This document shows positions 59,103 through 64,000 of a DNA stretch of 64,000 nt, in pieces. How positions within the stretch are numbered: the stretch's first letter is position 1; the number at the start of each line of letters is the position of its first letter. The translations under genes and the position numbers were made by a program. The stretch is from Vitrella brassicaformis CCMP3155. Lineage: Eukaryota; Protista; Chromerida. The stretch spans positions 1 through 64,000 of the forward strand of contig CDMY01000441.1 of NCBI GenBank assembly GCA_001179505.1, in the 5' to 3' direction. The notes beneath the pieces are model-generated. The model was not told the origin of the DNA and ran no database searches. It saw only the letters and a program-made list of their open reading frames with translations.

Positions 59103-61855
59103 GGGCGTCTGTGGGAGGCTGAGTATAGTGGGTGGGTGTTGTGTGTGGGTGTTATCACGTACCCGCTCGATGTATAGGGGCATTTTCTGTTTGAAGTCGT
59201 GTTTGGATCCGCCCCAGTAGGCGTCCATGCTGTCGAGCTGAAGCAGCAGGGCGCGCTTGGACACCGGCAGGGGGGCCGGCGGCTCGGAAGGCTTCCCATC
59301 AACAACAAGGCTACTCTGCATGCGATTAACACACCAGACAGGCAGACAGTCAGCTCAACATGCGGGTGGGTCGAAGACTTACGCGTCTTATGCATACCTT
59401 GGCTCCGTGGTGCGTCTGGTTGTCTGGTTCGTCGCTCGATGCGCATGCCGCAGCAGCAGCCGCCGCTGCTGCTGGTGGCGGCTCCACACCCTGCTGTCCG
59501 CCCTCTGCCGCCCCGGCAGTCGGGTGCAGCAACTTGCGGCGCTTGCTGCGCCGCCCGTTGCCTTTGCCGACGCCACGACCAACACCATCCCCCTCGCCAT
59601 TGGCCGCTGCAGCAGCCGCCTCCGGCGCTACTTGCCCTGAACCATCCCGCACCTCTCCCTCCTCCATCTCGTCATGTTTCTCTGCGGCCGCCATGGTCAC
59701 ATCATCGCCCTCCGCCTCTCCCTGTTGCGGCTGCCCGCCCTCAGCACCACTCTCACCCTCACCCTCGCCCGGCGCCATGACGGCATCGCCCTGTGTGTCG
59801 GTTGCCTCGGCCTCGTCATTGTCCATCTTCTCATCGCCATCACCGCCATTGCCACCGTCGCCGCCGTCCGCCTCTCGGCCCCGCATCACTAGGTCCTCGT
59901 CGAAGCTCTCGGCTGGCACGGGCGGCTGGGGAGACGGCTGGTCGGTGACGGGGGGCGCGGGAGGCGCGCCCAGGACGGGGGCAGCCGGGGGGTGGGATGC
60001 TTGCAGCCACTGTGGATGGAGGAGCTCGTCGAACGATGGGTCTTGGGGCTCGGCCGCATCGTCGGCCGTGTAGGCGGGCGGGGGGGTCATGGGGTGGGCC
60101 GGCGCGTCCGCATCGCCACTGCTGCCACCTCCAGCAGCAGCAGCAGCACCAGCAGCTGCTGCTGGTGCTGGGCCGGTGTCCTGATCTTGCACCTGTAGCT
60201 GTGACTCCTTCTCTGGTGCCTTCTTGCGGTGGGTGGAGTCTTCGACGACGATGGGCTCCTGGGGTGGGAGAGGGGGTGGGGGCAGCGGACCGCGCTTGAG
60301 GGGCGAGTCATAGTCATAGTCGTCCAGGTCGATGTGGTCACCGCCCCCCGTGGCGAACCGGTCCTGCAGCATCCGCAATTCCTGTTCCTGGATGGACTCC
60401 TGCTTGGCACGCTCCAAATCCTCCGCCTCCTTATCATCACCAGGTGGCCTGCACACAACACAACGCAATACAACACAAGACACGGACGACATACCCATCC
60501 ACTGTAAGTCACGCACGCTCTGCGAGGTCGTGTCGCTGTGCAAACACACTTACGGCTCGTTGACGTCTATGTCTAGGTTGTCGAGGTCGTCATCGAAGTC
60601 GGCCTCCTCCCCTCCGTCGTCGCCGGCTGCCCGCCCCTCGCCGGCAGGGGGGCCGCCGGGGCTCTGGGAGAAGTCGAACTCCTCGGGGTGCACGTCGCTG
60701 TAGCCCTCGTGTGTGTGGCGGTCATGGATGGCCCGGTGCGGCTTGTAGAGGATCGCCAGCCACCAGTGGAGGTTGTTGGCGTTGATTGGCAGAATGATGA
60801 AGTCGCGCTTGAGCAGGGTGGGGCCTACGTGAAGGGCAAGGAGGAGGTCAAGGGGTTAAAGTTTCATATGTGTGTGGGTGGTTTGCGGTGGTTTGTGTGT
60901 CTTACGGAGTTTGTCGGTCCATCGCTCTACGAGTTTGTACGGGTCTTTCTCCTTGGACGACACGTACTTCTTCCAGAAGAAGCTGCTGAAGATGTGCCAC
61001 CGCTTCTTCTGCGACTCGTCCAACAACTGCAAGGCACACACATCCATGTGTGCCTCCTCCCCTCTCCCTCCCTCCCTCTCTCTCTCCATCCCTCCATCCC
61101 TCCCTCTCTCTCTCTCTCTCTGTCTCTCTCTCCCTTTGGCGTACATGTTTGGACAGAAATCGGAGGAAGAAGTCGATGAGGCTGTCGTTGAGGTACTCCT
61201 CGTCCGCTAGGCGGTAGTAGTCCTGCTTCGTCAGCTGGATCCCGTCGATGCCCCAGCCCTCCACATTGGCCGTCTTCTCGAGCGAGCCCCACAACCCACG
61301 CTGGAGTTCCAGCTCGTCCTTGCCAATGTCCTCAAAAGGACCGATCTGCGGCGAGAAGGTGTGGTGCTCCAGCCGAGCGGCCGACCGGGTGCGGCCTGCC
61401 ACTCCTTCGGGGCGGGGGCGGCCGGGGGCCATCAGACCTGTGTGTGTCAGGGAGGTAGAGAGAAACCGAACAGTGAGAGAGAGGGAGAGAGAGAGAGAGA
61501 AAGTGCATGGCGTGGATCGTTGGTTCCTTGCTTGGTGGCTCACCGGCCGCCCGCGCGGCCCCGCAGAACAACTGGCCGGCGCGGCCCAGGAGGGAGCCAC
61601 CTCTCCCCTGAGGCGCTCGTGAAGGGGCTGCAGCCGCGGCTGCTGCTGCAGGCTCTTCCTGATGCCATGACAAAGCAACCACAACACACAACATGCGATT
61701 GAGAAGCTGCCATCTCCCTCCCTCCCAGCTCTTTTGATTGCGTGAATTGCTCCCACCTCGATTTCGTCTTTGTCTTCGTCGCTCTCATCTGCCAGGTTGA
61801 TGACCTCCTCCTTCAGGGCGCTCTCGCCGCCGACGTGGCGGCCTCGCCTGGACAT
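56234..61855 (-). CDS. Ulp/SENP-family SUMO protease (C48), Ulp2/SENP6-7-like split catalytic domain (multi-exon, spans assembly gap)
   Basis: YYRLADEEYLNDSLIDFFL, HIFSSFFW, DFIILPINANNLHWWLAI (His 60766), LLLQLDSMD (Asp 59232) and VPQQENSFDCGVFV (Cys 58884). The start may lie further upstream. Confidence 0.85.
58085..58384. other. Assembly gap (300 N) within an intron of the SUMO protease gene
   Basis: A run of N. The flanking exons join in phase 0 (GGC TCG|...|ACG TTG), so no exon is required inside the gap, but one cannot be excluded. Confidence 0.95.
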
Positions 61856-62088
61856 CGATGCGGCCGGCAAGTCACGGGAGCCGCTGGAGGGCACTCGACG
61901 GCTCTACTGACGGCTCGGAAGGGCCGTCTGTGATGCTCACAGGCATCAGCGGATGGGAAAGCGGCGCGAGAGGGTCGTGCTTGGATGATTTGGAAGGCTG
62001 CAATGGGCTGATCTGCAGCTGGTGGTCCTTCCTCCGTGATCGGAACAGCCCTCTCTCTCTATATTTCAATGACCTCAAGGATGACTCT

Positions 62089-62097
62089 AAGCTCGCA
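62089..62097 (+). promoter_or_regulatory. Candidate promoter motif AAGCTCGCA (SUMO protease / HTH protein spacer)
   Basis: Exact 9-mer, with 14-bp identity to 13368-13381. Confidence 0.5.
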
Positions 62098-62321
62098 CCA
62101 GAAAGAGGAACAAAGTGACCGAGCAAAGGTGGCAAAGCAGCTTGGCGAGAGGTGCTTGTGGCTGTTTGACCCCTCAGCGGACAAACCAAGGAGTGATGTC
62201 AACAATTCTGAAGCTACGTTGACATCACAGCAGCATTATCAGGAGGCTCCACAGAAGCAGCGCATGATACACCGCCTTCTTGACGACCTGATTCATCCCC
62301 AGATCGTCGAGTCGTCCTGTA

Positions 62322-64000
62322 ATGGCCAGCCATGCGCCCCCTCCCTTCCCCTCTCTCACCGGCGCCCAGCCGCCAGAGCTGCCGCCCATCCAGGTGCCCC
62401 TGCCGCCTCACATCCGCCCCGCTGCCGGCCCGCCACAGGTCGCCCAGACGATGCTCGTCGAGTACCAGATGCGCAGGCCTCAGCTGACGCCTGGGGAGTT
62501 CGCCAACGAGAAGGGCATCCCTGTGGAGCTGATGGTCGAGTGGCTGCGCGCGGCGGGGATCCAGTTGTTTCTGCCGGTGGAGAAGCGGCTGCAATTGATT
62601 GAGGAGTTTCGAAGCAGGGCGCCTCTGTCGCAGAGTGTGTTCTGTGCGGAGAAGGGCCTGGACGAGGTGTTCTTTGCGTCGTGGGTTGAGGATTTCAGCA
62701 AGGCGGGAGCCGTGCAGGGCGGCCCTGAGTGGATGCGGACGCTGCAGCAGGTGGTGGCCTTGGATCAGGCGGGGCTTGATGGCTTCCCCCATCCCCACGC
62801 TCACCATCACCACCCTCACCACCCTCACCCTGCCGCCTATCATGACATGCCGCCGTTCGGCTATCCCCCGCCCCCACCACTCCCCCCGCCGCAGTCGCAG
62901 CATCATCCCGCAACGATGCATCCGGGGATGGGCATGGGCGCCATGGTGAGAGTGAGGTACCCCATGCAGCCGCCGCCAAGGGCATACGCAGGGCCACACG
63001 CACCCCAGGTGAAGGACCAAATGGACAGAGGGGGGTGTCATCGATCGCAGCAGCATACATCATGTGCTTACCCATGTGTCCACAGGCCCCCGATTTCGGC
63101 CCTTCATATGGCTACGAGCCTTACCCATCCCCTTACCCCCTTCGCCCGCCCCACCCAGCGGCGGCCATCCCGCCGTTCCCACCGATGAGGGTGCGGCTGC
63201 CTCAGGCGGCTCCCCGACCGATGCCGCCCGACGGCGCTAGCGCCGCTGCTGATGCTGGTGAAGATGTGACGGACCGTTATGACATTATCTGGGGCGATCT
63301 CCGTGTGGAGGGGTGCGAGGGGTTGGAGTTTGCTGTGATGGCCGGGGAGGGGGCGCAGCTGCTGTTGGAGGCCACTAAGGGTGTGAGGACAGGTGAGAGA
63401 GTGATTAAGCGGAAAGGAACGCACGAACACCGAGCTAGAACGAACCCTGGAGCTCTCTTTCCCTGTCTGTCTGTCTGTCTGTCTCTCCATCTGTCTGTCA
63501 GATCTGCCTCTGTTGCAAGAGTATGCCCAGAAGCTCCTCTCCGCCCGGCACGACGAGATCCACAGTGACAGGCCATCCATCCCCCCCATCGCACAAGCCC
63601 ACCCGTTTCCCGCTCCCTCACCAGTTACAACCGAGACCAGCGTCGAACTTGACACGAGCAGCGGCGTCAACAGGGAGCTTCCGGGGGGCCTGGAGTTCAC
63701 CGTCACTGTGCGCGTGGTCAAGCGGGGCGAGGGGGAGGGGGCTGGGGCTTCGGCTGTGGAGCGGTTTCCCTTTCTGGTTGGGAGCGAGAGGGGCGTGTGC
63801 ATCGCCTGGAAGGCGGCCAAGGACTTCGCCCAACGGTGTCGAATGGCCGCGACGGGTGCATCCTTCCCCCTCACCTCTCCCTTTATGAACCCGCCATGGT
63901 CGGCCAGCCACAACCCGGGCGTCACTGTGGAGGAGCTCATCACCGCCGGGCTGGGCGAGAGGGGCATCGCATACGCCGTGACGGACGAGGCCGTCACTGC
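62322..64000 (+). CDS. Hypothetical Pro-rich protein with two transposase-type HTH-like motifs; 3' end outside window
   Basis: LTPGEFANEKGIPVELMVEW and KRLQLIEEFRSRAPLSQSVFCAEKGLDEVFFASW. Exons join in phase, and the last exon is open to the window edge. Confidence 0.65.

Noticed and set aside
1-64000. CRISPR arrays, tRNA, rRNA, LTR/TIR elements
   Set aside because: I saw no regularly spaced repeats, cloverleaf signatures, rRNA motifs or terminal repeats. Small ncRNAs in introns cannot be excluded without covariance-model searches.

Overview
Gene-dense, intron-rich, GC-rich eukaryotic genomic DNA. The mix of ApiAP2 domain, RAP-domain proteins, bipartite plastid-targeting leader, gustatory-receptor-like 7TM protein and (GT)n/(CA)n-filled short introns points to a chromerid alveolate, probably Vitrella brassicaformis (inference, not checked). 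I reconstructed about 21 spliced protein-coding genes by hand. They include a RAP protein, plastid trigger factor, a Kir-fold channel, TTC4/Cns1, an SRSF3/7-like SR protein, a ~2,100-aa alpha-solenoid, a SET-like/AP2 protein, a GH31 sulfoquinovosidase-like enzyme, a 25-exon urease, a SETMAR-type methyltransferase, a PPAT-HD fusion, a GRL, a Ulp2/SENP6-like SUMO protease and several secreted Cys-rich proteins. I saw no rRNA, tRNA, CRISPR array or intact mobile element, and there is one 300-N gap. Main leads: (1) a secreted eukaryotic sulfoquinovosidase head-to-head with urease; (2) a catalytically degenerate SET domain fused to AP2 DNA-binding domains; (3) a Kir channel with GINYP in place of the TxGYG filter; (4) a WAGCTCGCA motif in 7 of 8 divergent promoters; (5) a candidate poison exon in the SR gene, five GC-AG introns and an in-frame TGA in an F-box-like gene. 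All exon models and domain calls come from manual reading and motif recognition, with no database searches.
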